Shown here piece after piece: positions 19,043-29,090 of a stretch of 64,000 bases of DNA; the stretch's first letter is position 1; every line of letters begins with the position of its first letter. The notes beneath the pieces were generated by a model that did no database searches, had not been told where the DNA came from, and saw only the letters and a list, made by a program, of their open reading frames with translations. The stretch comes from an uncultured Gemmatimonadota bacterium (GTDB taxonomy: Bacteria > JAAXHH01). The stretch is taken from contig OX638340.1 in the NCBI GenBank assembly GCA_951812955.1, forward strand, positions 1,024,001-1,088,000, given 5' to 3'. The translations under genes were made by a program, and so were the position numbers.

Positions 19043-20048
19043 CGTGATCACGAGCGAAGAAGCGCTGATCGACCAGATGACGACCCCATCACGGCCGGTA
19101 GTCCAGGCGGTATCGGCACTGGATGGGGATGTGTTGATCCTGGGGGCCGGCGGTAAGATGGGGCCGACACTCGCGGAACTCCTCGTTAGGGCCGGCGCGC
19201 GGCGCGTGATCGGGATATCGCGGTTCAGCGACGCGAAGGTCAGGACATCCCTCGAGGAAGCGGGCGTGGAGACCATCCAGGCGGACCTGCTAAGCGAGCA
19301 AGACCTGGGCCGTCTCCCGGATGCGCCGTACGTCCTCTTACTAGCGGGATTCAAGTTCGGCGCCACGGGAAACTCGCCCATGACGTGGGCGATGAACACA
19401 TGGCTTCCCGGCCGTATCATGCAGCGGTATGCCGAATCCCGTGTAGTCTACGTCAGTTCCGGCAACGTATACGCCTATTCGCCGGTCATGGCAGGCGGTT
19501 CCGACGAGGAAGCCGAAATCGGGCCGGTGGGTGAATACGCCCAGTCCCGACTGGGTGGTGAACGCATTGCGGAGCACCTTAGCGTCGAGCAAGGCACTCC
19601 GCTGCTTATCGTGCGACTGTTTTACGCCACGGAGCTGCGCTACGGCATCATGCACGACCTGGGCCGGAAAATCCACGAAGACGTGCCGATCGACCTGGCC
19701 ATGGGTCATGTAAACCAGATCTGGCAGGGGGACGCGAACAGCTACCTTGCCCGCATGTTCCCGTTCTGCAGCAGTCCCGCCACGATCCTGAACCTGACGG
19801 GACCGGACATCCTCTCCGTTCGGTCGGTGTCCGAGATGCTTGGCCGTCGACTCGAAAGAAAGCCGCAGTTTACGGGCCACGAGAGCGAAACGGCGCTGCT
19901 TGGCGACGCCCGCAGACTTTTCGACAAGCTGGGCAAGCCTGAGATACCGGTGGAAAGGATCGCGGACTGGGTTGCCCACTGGCTCCGCACTGGTGGCCGA
20001 AGCCTGGATAAACCGACCGGCTACGAATCGCGCTCCGGACGTTTCTGA
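19035..20048 (+). CDS. NAD-dependent epimerase/dehydratase family protein
   Basis: Rossmann motif LILGAGGKMGPTLAELL. The ATG at 19035 overlaps the upstream stop (ATGCCTGA), which implies translational coupling. Confidence 0.7.
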   Translation: MPDVITSEEALIDQMTTPSRPVVQAVSALDGDVLILGAGGKMGPTLAELLVRAGARRVIGISRFSDAKVRTSLEEAGVETIQADLLSEQDLGRLPDAPYVLLLAGFKFGATGNSPMTWAMNTWLPGRIMQRYAESRVVYVSSGNVYAYSPVMAGGSDEEAEIGPVGEYAQSRLGGERIAEHLSVEQGTPLLIVRLFYATELRYGIMHDLGRKIHEDVPIDLAMGHVNQIWQGDANSYLARMFPFCSSPATILNLTGPDILSVRSVSEMLGRRLERKPQFTGHESETALLGDARRLFDKLGKPEIPVERIADWVAHWLRTGGRSLDKPTGYESRSGRF

Positions 20049-20110
20049 GCGTGAGTGCCGTTTAACCAGGGAAGCGAATATGGGATCCGATTCCCCATAC
20101 CATATGGATA

Positions 20111-20153
20111 CTCGGCCGCGGACGCCTGGCCGCGGATGCTCGGCCGCGGGATG
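20111..20153. repeat. about 14-bp tandem repeat x3 centred on GGCCGCGG
   Basis: GGCCGCGG occurs at 20114-20121, 20128-20135 and 20142-20149 with similar flanks (CTCGGCCGCGGAcgc / CTGGCCGCGGAtg / CTCGGCCGCGGGatg), 30-70 nt upstream of the next CDS. Confidence 0.8.
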
Positions 20154-20184
20154 AATTGAAAACGTACGTTTCCGGAGATTACTC

Positions 20185-21246
20185 ATGCATGACGTTATGC
20201 CCCCGGCAGTCCGGGCTGCTTTGAAACAGGGCGTGGTTATCCCGGCCCATCCCCTGGCAGTCACGGCAGACAGAATGCTGGACGAGCGCCGCCAGCGTGC
20301 GCTCACGCGGTACTACCTCGCTGCCGGTGCCGGTGGCCTTGCCGTGGGCGTTCATACGACCCAGTTCGAGATCCGGGATCCGACGTACGGACTCTACGAT
20401 CCGGTGCTGGGGCTTACCGCGGAGATCATGGACCGGGAAGCACCGGCGGATTTCATCCGGATCGCCGGGATCTGTGGACGGACGGCGCAGGCGACCGGCG
20501 AGGCGGAAACGGCAAGATCCCTTGGCTACCATGCCGGCCTGCTCAGCCTGACCGCCATGGGCGGCGCCACGGACGACGAACTTATCGCGCACTGCCGGGC
20601 CGTGGCCGACGCCATACCCGTCATGGGGTTCTACCTGCAGCCGTCTGTCGGCGGCCTGGTGCTCCCCTTCCGTTTCTGGCGGCGATTCGTGGAACTGGAA
20701 GGGGTCGTGGCCATAAAGATCGCGGCGTTCAACCGGTATCACACGCTCGACGTGCTCAGGGCACTGGCGGAATCCGGCAGGCACGAGGAGATCGCGCTCT
20801 ACACCGGAAACGACGACAACATCGTGATGGATCTCCTGACGGAGCACGCATTCCAGTGCGGAGACGCGCGCCGGTCGGTACGGTTCAGGGGCGGGCTGCT
20901 TGGTCACTGGGCTGTATGGACCCGGGGAGCTGTGGAGTTGCTGCGGGCGTGTCAGGCCGTCTCGACATCCTGCGAGGCGGTACCCCAGAACCTGCTGACC
21001 CGATCGATCGAGGTCACGGACTGCAACGCGGCATTCTTCGATCCTGCCCATGGTTTTGCCGGGTGCATCCCCGGGATTCACGAGGTGCTGCGCAGGCAGG
21101 GACTGCTCGAAGGCAACTGGTGCTTAAATCCCGAAGAGACCCTTTCGCCCGGCCAGTACGAGGAGATAGACCGGGTTTACCGCGCTTATCCCCATCTGAA
21201 CGACGACGCGTTCGTCGCAGAACACCGGGACGACTGGCTCAGATGA
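20185..21246 (+). CDS. dihydrodipicolinate synthase (DapA/NAL)-like family protein
   Basis: 353 aa. The N-terminal ...VVIPAHPLAV...YYLAAGAGGLAVGVHTTQFE... matches the style of a DHDPS-like TIM-barrel subfamily. This is a family-level call. Confidence 0.55.
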   Translation: MHDVMPPAVRAALKQGVVIPAHPLAVTADRMLDERRQRALTRYYLAAGAGGLAVGVHTTQFEIRDPTYGLYDPVLGLTAEIMDREAPADFIRIAGICGRTAQATGEAETARSLGYHAGLLSLTAMGGATDDELIAHCRAVADAIPVMGFYLQPSVGGLVLPFRFWRRFVELEGVVAIKIAAFNRYHTLDVLRALAESGRHEEIALYTGNDDNIVMDLLTEHAFQCGDARRSVRFRGGLLGHWAVWTRGAVELLRACQAVSTSCEAVPQNLLTRSIEVTDCNAAFFDPAHGFAGCIPGIHEVLRRQGLLEGNWCLNPEETLSPGQYEEIDRVYRAYPHLNDDAFVAEHRDDWLR

Positions 21247-21308
21247 ATGCACAGTAGAAAACCTCATCCGCATGACGGATGCTTGAACCGCCGGAAACGG
21301 AGCAGAAC

Positions 21309-22427
21309 ATGAAGATAACCCGCATTGAAACCATTCCTGTCGAAGTGCCACTCAAGCAGGGCATGACCACGAAAACCGCTCACGGCGAACATATCGTCTC
21401 CCCTTACGTCATACTCAGGGTGCATACGGACGAGGGGCTGACCGGGTTGGGCGAAGCCACGGTCGCGCCGCGCTGGAGCGGAGAAACGTCCGCGTCCTGT
21501 ACAGCTGCGATCCGGGATCTGGTGGATCCCGCGCTGAAGGGGGAGGATCCGGCTGACGTGAACCGGCTTTGCGGAGTCATGGACGAGGTCGTCAAGCTGA
21601 ACCCCTTCACCAAGGCGGGCGTGGAGATGGCCCTTTGGGACCTGGCGGGCAAGCATGCGGGGAAGCCTCTCTATCAATTGCTGGGCGGAAAGGTCCGGCA
21701 AGAGATTCCAATGAAGATGGTGGTCGGCGCCTTTGACGTGCCGACTTCGGTTGCCCTGGCGGAGAAATTCCTGCAGTGGGGTGTGCAGTGTCTCAAGGTC
21801 AAAGTCGGGCTGGATCCCGGGGAGGATCTCGAACGCGTCCGCGCGGTCCGCGCGCTGGCCGGCCCCGACATCCGTATGAGCATCGACGCGAATTGCGGGT
21901 GGCCGCCGGCCGTTGCGCGACGCATGTTGCATCTCCTCGAGCCATTGGACATCCTGTTCGCAGAGCAGCCCATGGCACCGCAGTTCGACGATGAAGCGGC
22001 CCTGATCAGAACGGGCACGACCATCCCCATCATGGCCGACGAGAGCGTCTTCACCCCGCACGACGCCATGCAGACCGCACTGCGCCGATCGGCGGACATC
22101 ATCAGCGTATATCCGGGCAAGAACGGAGGGATCGGACAGACGCTGGGCATCTCGCACGTGGCCAGCGCGGCGGGACTGCGCTGTCACATGGGCAGCAATC
22201 TCGAGTTGGGGATCGCCACGGCGGCCATGCTCCACGTGGCGGCCAGCGTGGAACCCATCGACAGTGAGACCTATCCCGGCGACCTGCTCGGTCCGCTGTA
22301 CCACGAAGGCGATATGATCGAGACGCCGCTGGAACTCGGCCCCGTCCATGCGAGCGTACCCGAAGGACCCGGTCTCGGAGTCACCCTGGATGAAGCACAG
22401 ATCGAACGCTGGAAAGACGCGTCATGA
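21309..22427 (+). CDS. enolase superfamily enzyme (muconate cycloisomerase / dipeptide epimerase-like subgroup)
   Basis: Contains MKITRIETIPV..., the KxK motif (LKVKVG), DANCGW, AEQP and ADES metal/base motifs. The start is at 21309; the ORF extends to 21279. Confidence 0.8.
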   Translation: MKITRIETIPVEVPLKQGMTTKTAHGEHIVSPYVILRVHTDEGLTGLGEATVAPRWSGETSASCTAAIRDLVDPALKGEDPADVNRLCGVMDEVVKLNPFTKAGVEMALWDLAGKHAGKPLYQLLGGKVRQEIPMKMVVGAFDVPTSVALAEKFLQWGVQCLKVKVGLDPGEDLERVRAVRALAGPDIRMSIDANCGWPPAVARRMLHLLEPLDILFAEQPMAPQFDDEAALIRTGTTIPIMADESVFTPHDAMQTALRRSADIISVYPGKNGGIGQTLGISHVASAAGLRCHMGSNLELGIATAAMLHVAASVEPIDSETYPGDLLGPLYHEGDMIETPLELGPVHASVPEGPGLGVTLDEAQIERWKDAS

Positions 22428-22442
22428 CCGGCTGTTCGAACG

Positions 22443-22514
22443 GAATCCCACCCATGACCGGATCCGCATGCATGACCGGAATCCCACCTATGACCGGATC
22501 CACACGCATGACCG
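22443..22514. repeat. 36-bp tandem repeat x2 (33/36 identical), rich in ATGACCG submotifs
   Basis: Units at 22443-22478 and 22479-22514 differ at 3 positions. ATGACCG occurs 5 times between 22424 and 22514. Confidence 0.9.
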
Positions 22515-22589
22515 TTACGCGCGGCACGATACACAGTTACGAGCATAGCGCCAACCTAGAAGCAGTACCAAACTACAGAAAGGACAGCC

Positions 22590-23648
22590 ATGGCTGACGA
22601 ACGGACCTACAAGGCTTGCGTGGTGGGCCTGAGCGGCATCGGGGCGGGGCAGCCCCCGGTCGACGGCGACCACGGAATGGGCCAAGAAATGCCTAACCGG
22701 CACGTACCGGCCTATGCCCTCCTGCCGTTTACGGAGGTGGTCGGTGTATGTGACCTGAAAGAAGACCTCCTGCAGGAAACCATGGATGATTGGTCGGGTA
22801 CCTTCCCGGGATTGCGGGGATTCGCGGACTACAGGGAGATGCTTGAAGCCTGCAAACCGGATATACTGAGCGTAGTAACATCGGACCACCGCCACGCGGA
22901 CATCGTCGTGGACGGAGTCGCGGCGGGCGTTCGGGGCATCTATTGCGAGAAACCGATTGCGACCTCACTTGCGGATGCCGACCGCATGATCGCCGCGGTG
23001 GAAAGCCGGAACGTGCCCATGAACATCAACCACACCCGCCGCTGGGGAGCGGTATACCGGGAAGTCAGGAAGCTGCTCGACGAAGGCGCGATCGGCGAGC
23101 TGAAACGCATCACGCTGAATTTCGGCGGCCCCCGGGCCATTCTTTTCCGCAACGGCACCCACATGATCGACATGGCCTGCTACCTCGCGGGATCGGAACC
23201 CGCGTGGGTTTTCGCCGAACTCGACGAAGGCTACGAGGACTACTGGCCCTACCAGGGCGATGGCGGAAGGAACGCGGACCTGGAGCCGGGCTGCTCCGGT
23301 TTCATCCATTTCAAGAACGGCGTGCGTGCATTTTACAACGGTTCCAAGGGAATGGAATGCCGTGGAGGTTACCAGCTGGACGGTACCGACGGATGGATGT
23401 TCGTTCACGAGGACTATTACGAGCTCGACACGGGTAAAGGTATCCAGACTGTCGCTCCCAAGGGTCCGACCCATTACTACTCCGTCGCGGCTATCCGGGA
23501 CCTCGTCCACGTCATGGAACACGGAGGTGAGACCATTTCACCTCCCCGCGCCGCCCGGAATACCCTGGAGATCATCCTGGGGTTTCTCGCATCACAGAAG
23601 CACGGCAACGTACGCATAGATTTCCCGCTGGACGAGAACACCGTATAG
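22590..23648 (+). CDS. Gfo/Idh/MocA family oxidoreductase
   Basis: Contains the N-terminal VVGLSGIGAG and the EKP motif (IYCEKPIA). 352 aa. Confidence 0.75.
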   Translation: MADERTYKACVVGLSGIGAGQPPVDGDHGMGQEMPNRHVPAYALLPFTEVVGVCDLKEDLLQETMDDWSGTFPGLRGFADYREMLEACKPDILSVVTSDHRHADIVVDGVAAGVRGIYCEKPIATSLADADRMIAAVESRNVPMNINHTRRWGAVYREVRKLLDEGAIGELKRITLNFGGPRAILFRNGTHMIDMACYLAGSEPAWVFAELDEGYEDYWPYQGDGGRNADLEPGCSGFIHFKNGVRAFYNGSKGMECRGGYQLDGTDGWMFVHEDYYELDTGKGIQTVAPKGPTHYYSVAAIRDLVHVMEHGGETISPPRAARNTLEIILGFLASQKHGNVRIDFPLDENTV

Positions 23649-23671
23649 CCTTCCACGAGCGGTAACTTCCC

Positions 23672-25714
23672 ATGAGCGTTCGCATCGCCATCGACACGGG
23701 CGGCACGTTTACAGACCTTGTATTGTCCGACCCCGACACGGGCCGGCTGGTCTTTCACAAGGTGCCGAGTACGCCCGCCGATCCGAGCCGGGCACTGGTG
23801 GAAGGTGTCAAAGGGCTCGTCGACCGGGCCGGCGTCGGCACTGCCGAAATCCTGTTTCTGATTCACGGTACCACGGTGGCCACCAATACGATCCTTCAGC
23901 GGAAGGGGGCCCATACCGCCTTCATCACCACCGAAGGGTTCCGGGACGTGCTCCACATCCAGCGGCAGGACCGCCCCCACCTGTACAACATGCGCATCCG
24001 CCGGACCCCGGCCCTCGTACCCCGCTCACTGCGATATGAGCTGCCCGAACGGACCCTGCACGACGGGTCGGAAGCGGCGCCGATAGACCAAGATCGACTT
24101 GGCAGCCTCGTGGCGGCACTCAGGGAGGAAGGCATCGAAGCCGTCGGCGTCGGGTTTCTCCACAGTCACATCGATCCCGGTCACGAACAATCGGCAGGCG
24201 AAGTGCTGCGGCGGGCACTGCCCGAAACCACAGTCTGCCTCTCCTCCGACATGAGTCGTGAAGAAGGCGAATACGAACGGTTCAGTACTTGCGTCATGAA
24301 CGCCTACGTGCAGCCCATCATGACGAACTACCTGAAGAAGGTGGACGATGCCCTTTCCAAGGCATCCATCGAGGCGCCGCTGTATGTCATGAAATCCAAT
24401 GGCGGGGTCACCTCGGCCCGGGACGCAGCGGATCACTGCGTGCATACGATTCTTTCAGGTCCGGCCGGGGGTGTCGTGGCCGGCGAGGAAATCGGAAGGC
24501 GGCTCGACCGGCCAAACGTCATCACCGCCGACATGGGGGGAACAAGTTTCGACGTGGCGATGATATATGAACGCAACATAGCTTTCGCGAAGAACGCGGA
24601 GATCGACGGCCTGGCCCTCAAAGCCCCCATGATGGACATCCATACGATTGGCGCAGGCGGTGGCAGCATCGCATGGATCGATTCGGGCGGCGCCCTGAGG
24701 GTGGGCCCGCAATCGGCAGGGGCGGAGCCGGGTCCCGCCTGCTACGGCGCCGGCGGTTCCGAACCCACCGTGACAGACGCGAACCTGGTGCTGGGCCGGC
24801 TCTCCACGGACAGTCTGCTGGGCGGCGCGCTGTCGCTGGATTCCGAAACCGCGCGTCGGGTGATCGACGAGAAAATCGCGGCCAGTCTGCAATGCACGGT
24901 GGAGGAGGCCGCCGAAGGGATCATCCGGGTGATCAACGCCTCCATGACGGCGGCCATCCGGAAGCTCACCGTGGAACGGGGGTACGATCCCCGCCTCTTT
25001 ACGCTGGTTCCCTTCGGCGGCGCAGGACCGCTCCATGGTACCGCTCTTGCCCGGGAACTGGGCATACGCGACGTGGTGGTACCGCTCGCGCCCGGGGTCG
25101 CTTCGGCCGAGGGCCTCGTTTTTTCGAACCTGCGTTCGGACCGGATCCAGACCCACGTAGAACTGCTGGATCGACTCGGGGCTTCGGAATTCGAGAAGAT
25201 GCTGGAAGAACTGACCGTACAGGCGGAAGGGGATCTGTCTACTTCGTCGGCTACAGGCCATCCGGTCATCAGCCGGCGCGCGGGCCTGCGATACGCAGGT
25301 CAGGGGTACGATATTCCCATCGACCTGCCCGAGGGCGCCGCCGACCTCGCCTTGCTCGAATCGGCCTTTCACCTCGAGCACGAGCGCCAGTACGGATTCG
25401 CGCGGCGTGATCAACGGGTTCAACTCGTCAACCTGTGGGTGTCTGCGGAACTGGTGATTTCGGGCAGCCGGCGTGATACCGCCGAACGAGCCGTGCCGGA
25501 TCGACCCAAACCACCTACCATGCGGCCCGTGTATCTTTCAGGCAACTGGATCGAAACAGCCGTGTTTGACCGTACCGCACTGCGCAGCGGCCAACAGATC
25601 GACGGACCGGCCATCATCGAACAGCTTGATTCCACGACACTGATCTGGCCCGGTGAGCACGCAGGAATCGATGCCTGGGATCAGATCGTCATTGCCGGAC
25701 TGGAAAACCCATGA
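23672..25714 (+). CDS. hyuA: hydantoinase/oxoprolinase family, A (beta) subunit
   Basis: 680 aa. The N-terminus MSVRIAIDTGGTFTDLV is characteristic of HyuA/OplA-type ATP-dependent hydrolases. Confidence 0.85.
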   Translation: MSVRIAIDTGGTFTDLVLSDPDTGRLVFHKVPSTPADPSRALVEGVKGLVDRAGVGTAEILFLIHGTTVATNTILQRKGAHTAFITTEGFRDVLHIQRQDRPHLYNMRIRRTPALVPRSLRYELPERTLHDGSEAAPIDQDRLGSLVAALREEGIEAVGVGFLHSHIDPGHEQSAGEVLRRALPETTVCLSSDMSREEGEYERFSTCVMNAYVQPIMTNYLKKVDDALSKASIEAPLYVMKSNGGVTSARDAADHCVHTILSGPAGGVVAGEEIGRRLDRPNVITADMGGTSFDVAMIYERNIAFAKNAEIDGLALKAPMMDIHTIGAGGGSIAWIDSGGALRVGPQSAGAEPGPACYGAGGSEPTVTDANLVLGRLSTDSLLGGALSLDSETARRVIDEKIAASLQCTVEEAAEGIIRVINASMTAAIRKLTVERGYDPRLFTLVPFGGAGPLHGTALARELGIRDVVVPLAPGVASAEGLVFSNLRSDRIQTHVELLDRLGASEFEKMLEELTVQAEGDLSTSSATGHPVISRRAGLRYAGQGYDIPIDLPEGAADLALLESAFHLEHERQYGFARRDQRVQLVNLWVSAELVISGSRRDTAERAVPDRPKPPTMRPVYLSGNWIETAVFDRTALRSGQQIDGPAIIEQLDSTTLIWPGEHAGIDAWDQIVIAGLENP

Positions 25715-27390
25715 AGACCGACCCCATCACCCTGGAACTGATGCGCAACCGGTGGACCGGCATCGCGGAGGAAATGTGCGCCGCGCTGATCCGCACCAGT
25801 TACTCCACCAATATCAAGGACCGGCGCGACTGTTCCGCGGCCATCGTGCAGCCCACGGGGGAGATCCTGGCCCAGGCCGAGTCGGGCGTCCCCTTACACC
25901 TGGGCGTGATGCCAGGCGTGGTGAAGTCCATCCTGGAAGTCTATCCCGTGTCGGCCATGAAGCCTGGAGACGTCTACATCACGAACCTGCCGTATCCCGA
26001 AGGACCGGGCCATCTGCCGGATGTTTCCCTGGTATCCGCCATATTCTATGAAAACCGCGCGGTCGCACTGGCGGCATCCACCGCCCATCACGTGGACATG
26101 GGCGGGTTCGCACCGGGCAGCATGCCCTTCGGCGTGACGGAAATCTACCAGGAGGGCCTGCAGATCCCCCCGCTCCCCATTTTCAAGGGCGGACAGCTTG
26201 ACGAAGATATCTACAAGTTGATCAACCAGAACGTGCGGACGCAGTACGAGGTGCGGGGCGACCTGATGGCCCAGTACGCCTGCGCACAGATCGGCCAGCA
26301 GAGGGTAAGCGAACTCATGTCCAGGGAGTCGCCCGAAGAAGTAATCCACTACATGGACGAGATCCAGGACTACGCGGAACGACGGATGCGGGCGGGGATA
26401 GGGACCCTGCCCGACGGCGAGTACACCTTCGAGGACTACCTGGACGACGACGGCGTCACCGATACGCCAGTGAAGATCGCGGTCGCCCTGACCGTCTCGG
26501 GCGACGAACTGCGCGCGGACTTTTCGGGTTGCAGCGACCAGGTTCTGGGTCCGCTGAACGCGCGGCTGCCGGCGGCCGCTTCCTGCATAAGCTACGTGTG
26601 CAAGGCGGTGATCGATCCGGACCTGCCCGCGTGTGCCGGGGCGTACCGGCCCCTGGACATCTTCGCCCCCGAGGGATCCATCCTGCAGGCTACCTATCCG
26701 GCGGCCATCGGGAACGCCAACATCCTGACGGACCAGCGGGTCGTGGACGTGCTGATGGGCGCGCTGTACCAGGCCGCGCCCGACCGCGTATGCGCGGCCT
26801 GCAGCGGGGAGATGAACCTGGTAAATATCGGCGGAATCGATCCTGCTTCCGGGGAGTACTACAACTACGTGGAAACCTACGCCGGTGGGCAGGGCGCCAT
26901 GTTCGACATCGACGGAGAGGACGGCGTGCACACGCACCTCACCAACACACGGAACGCGCCGGTCGAAATCATGGAACGTACCTACCCGCTGCGGGTCGAG
27001 CGGTACGGCCTGATCCCGGATACGGAGGGGCCCGGCCGCCAGCGCGGAGGCTGCGGGATGATGCGGGAGCTGAAGTGCCTGGGTGAACGCACCATCATCA
27101 CCCTGGGTTCAGACCGCCGGAAGTTCACGCCCTGGGGGCTCGAAGGCGGCGGCAATGCGTCGGGCGCCCACTGTTACGTGATCGACAACGAAGGGCAGGT
27201 CAGGGAGATCCCTACCAAGGCCCATACCGAGCTTTACAGGGACGACGTCCTGCGGATCGAAACCCCCGGCGGCGGTGGCTGGGGAGACCCGGCCGAACGG
27301 GTCCGGGAGAAAGTGGAAGAGGATGTGCGAAACGAGCTCATTGGCCCGGAACGGGCGAGCGGACACTACAGATGGGGGAAGGATCAGTAA
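25711..27390 (+). CDS. hyuB: hydantoinase B/oxoprolinase family, B (alpha) subunit
   Basis: 559 aa with N-terminal DPITLELMRNRW...IAEEM. A 4-nt ATGA overlap with hyuA indicates coupling. Confidence 0.85.
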   Translation: MKTDPITLELMRNRWTGIAEEMCAALIRTSYSTNIKDRRDCSAAIVQPTGEILAQAESGVPLHLGVMPGVVKSILEVYPVSAMKPGDVYITNLPYPEGPGHLPDVSLVSAIFYENRAVALAASTAHHVDMGGFAPGSMPFGVTEIYQEGLQIPPLPIFKGGQLDEDIYKLINQNVRTQYEVRGDLMAQYACAQIGQQRVSELMSRESPEEVIHYMDEIQDYAERRMRAGIGTLPDGEYTFEDYLDDDGVTDTPVKIAVALTVSGDELRADFSGCSDQVLGPLNARLPAAASCISYVCKAVIDPDLPACAGAYRPLDIFAPEGSILQATYPAAIGNANILTDQRVVDVLMGALYQAAPDRVCAACSGEMNLVNIGGIDPASGEYYNYVETYAGGQGAMFDIDGEDGVHTHLTNTRNAPVEIMERTYPLRVERYGLIPDTEGPGRQRGGCGMMRELKCLGERTIITLGSDRRKFTPWGLEGGGNASGAHCYVIDNEGQVREIPTKAHTELYRDDVLRIETPGGGGWGDPAERVREKVEEDVRNELIGPERASGHYRWGKDQ

Positions 27391-27465
27391 CCAGACGGAC
27401 GGTTCGAAACTGAAAGTATGGACCTCGATGAAACCGTCGTTTAGGCGGGACGGCACGGGACGGCC

Positions 27466-28845
27466 ATGGTTAATGGAACCATACCAAAACGTATAGCCAT
27501 TATCGGCGGTGGGATATCCGGGCTGGGCGCAGCGTGGGCGTTGAATCAACATCCAGACCGGTTCGATTTCCGTATTTACGAAGCCCGGGAGCAGGTGGGC
27601 GGAAACGCAATCACCGCCGACATGCCGCAGGATGACGGCGGTTCCATTCCCTTCGACATTTCCGTCACCGCACTGATCCCATCGGTCTATCACCACATCC
27701 TGTTGTTGATGCGGAAGTTCGGCATCGAACTGCTCGATACCCGGTTCAACTACAGCGTGAAATACCATGGGCAGGTATACGCCCACGATTTCGACTCCGC
27801 CATCAGAAGGCAGCTGCAACCGGAGATTGTCCGGTTTCAACGGCTCCTGAAGCGTCTTCACCGGCTCGGCTGGCTGACCCATTCCCGGTCGAGGCTCGTC
27901 AACGCGCTCAATCCCTTAAATTACGTCAGCATGGGGACCGTGCTCAACCTGGGCGGTTTTTCAGGGGACTTCAGGTTCAAGATCCTGAAGCCCATGTTCG
28001 TCAATTTCCTGATGGCGACGAACGTGTTCGATATGCCCGCGTCGCTTTTTGCGCGGTACCTGGAGTTCTTCGATATCGAATCTGCGACGCCCATGCAGAC
28101 GTGGGACCAGGGCACGCGTCGTATCTACGAGCACCTTTCAGCCGGTTTCCGGGACAGGATATACCTCGGCCGGCCCGTACGAAAAGTGTACCGACGGCCG
28201 AACTGTGTCGTGATCGAGGATCCGGACGGAGTAGAGGAGACGTTCGACGAGGTGATCTTCGCCTGCAACGCGAACCAGACGCTGATGCTGCTCGACCGGC
28301 CCACGTTTCTGGAGCGGTACATTCTGTCGTCGATCCGTTATGAAAGCGAACTCCACAACCACACGGTCGTGCATTCGGACGCCTCCGTCCTGCCGGAGAA
28401 CGAAGTGAAACCGCTGGAGACGCGGAGCAATCATATTGAACAGTACGGGGCCAGGCCGGACAACTATGAAATAACCTACATCATGCACAACCAGCAGCCA
28501 TGGGCCAACCGGTCCGACAAACCCTGCCTGGTGACCTATAACCCGGTCACGCCCATCGACGAACGGAAGATCGTCAAGAAGTGGTGGTTCCAGCACATCG
28601 TGCATGATGTGCGCCATGTCGCCTGGCTCATCCATCTGTTCCGTTTCATCCAGGGCAGACGGCGGACCTGGCACTGCGGTGCCCATACCCTGATGAACAG
28701 CCAGGAAACCTGCTTTGTAACGGGACTCGCCGCGGCCTCGCAGATCGGCGCTGAATATCCCTTCAAAGACCCCCTGGCCAGGCGCATGTTCAATTATTAC
28801 GGAAGAATTCTGCACGGCTGGCGTTTCCGGAAGGCGAGAGGTTGA
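27466..28845 (+). CDS. NAD(P)/FAD-binding oxidoreductase (amine-oxidase-like Rossmann flavoprotein)
   Basis: The dinucleotide fold reads RIAIIGGGISGLGAAWAL...YEAREQVGGN. 459 aa. The substrate is unknown. Confidence 0.7.
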   Translation: MVNGTIPKRIAIIGGGISGLGAAWALNQHPDRFDFRIYEAREQVGGNAITADMPQDDGGSIPFDISVTALIPSVYHHILLLMRKFGIELLDTRFNYSVKYHGQVYAHDFDSAIRRQLQPEIVRFQRLLKRLHRLGWLTHSRSRLVNALNPLNYVSMGTVLNLGGFSGDFRFKILKPMFVNFLMATNVFDMPASLFARYLEFFDIESATPMQTWDQGTRRIYEHLSAGFRDRIYLGRPVRKVYRRPNCVVIEDPDGVEETFDEVIFACNANQTLMLLDRPTFLERYILSSIRYESELHNHTVVHSDASVLPENEVKPLETRSNHIEQYGARPDNYEITYIMHNQQPWANRSDKPCLVTYNPVTPIDERKIVKKWWFQHIVHDVRHVAWLIHLFRFIQGRRRTWHCGAHTLMNSQETCFVTGLAAASQIGAEYPFKDPLARRMFNYYGRILHGWRFRKARG

Positions 28846-29090
28846 AAACCGCACCGGGTGACAGGGCTTCTACTGTCCAGTCAACATGCACCGAACGACG
28901 GAAATCCCGCGCGTATCTGCGCCGCCGCATTCCCCGCTACACCTGTTCGGGCCAAATCCTGCTTGTCGCGTTAATGCCTTGTAGTTATCATACTTACAGT
29001 GTGGAACACTATAGCGTTTCTTGACCCCTGCGGCCCTTCGATACCCGGACGAATTCACCGGCGCCGAGGAGGATCACGGAAGGACTGGAT

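Noticed and set aside
22420-22520. Possible CRISPR array, or a small His/Asp/Arg-rich peptide gene (ORF 22348-22548), at the 36-bp repeats.
   Set aside because: There are only two directly abutting units with no unique spacers and no cas genes. The ORF exists only because the repeat is read through.
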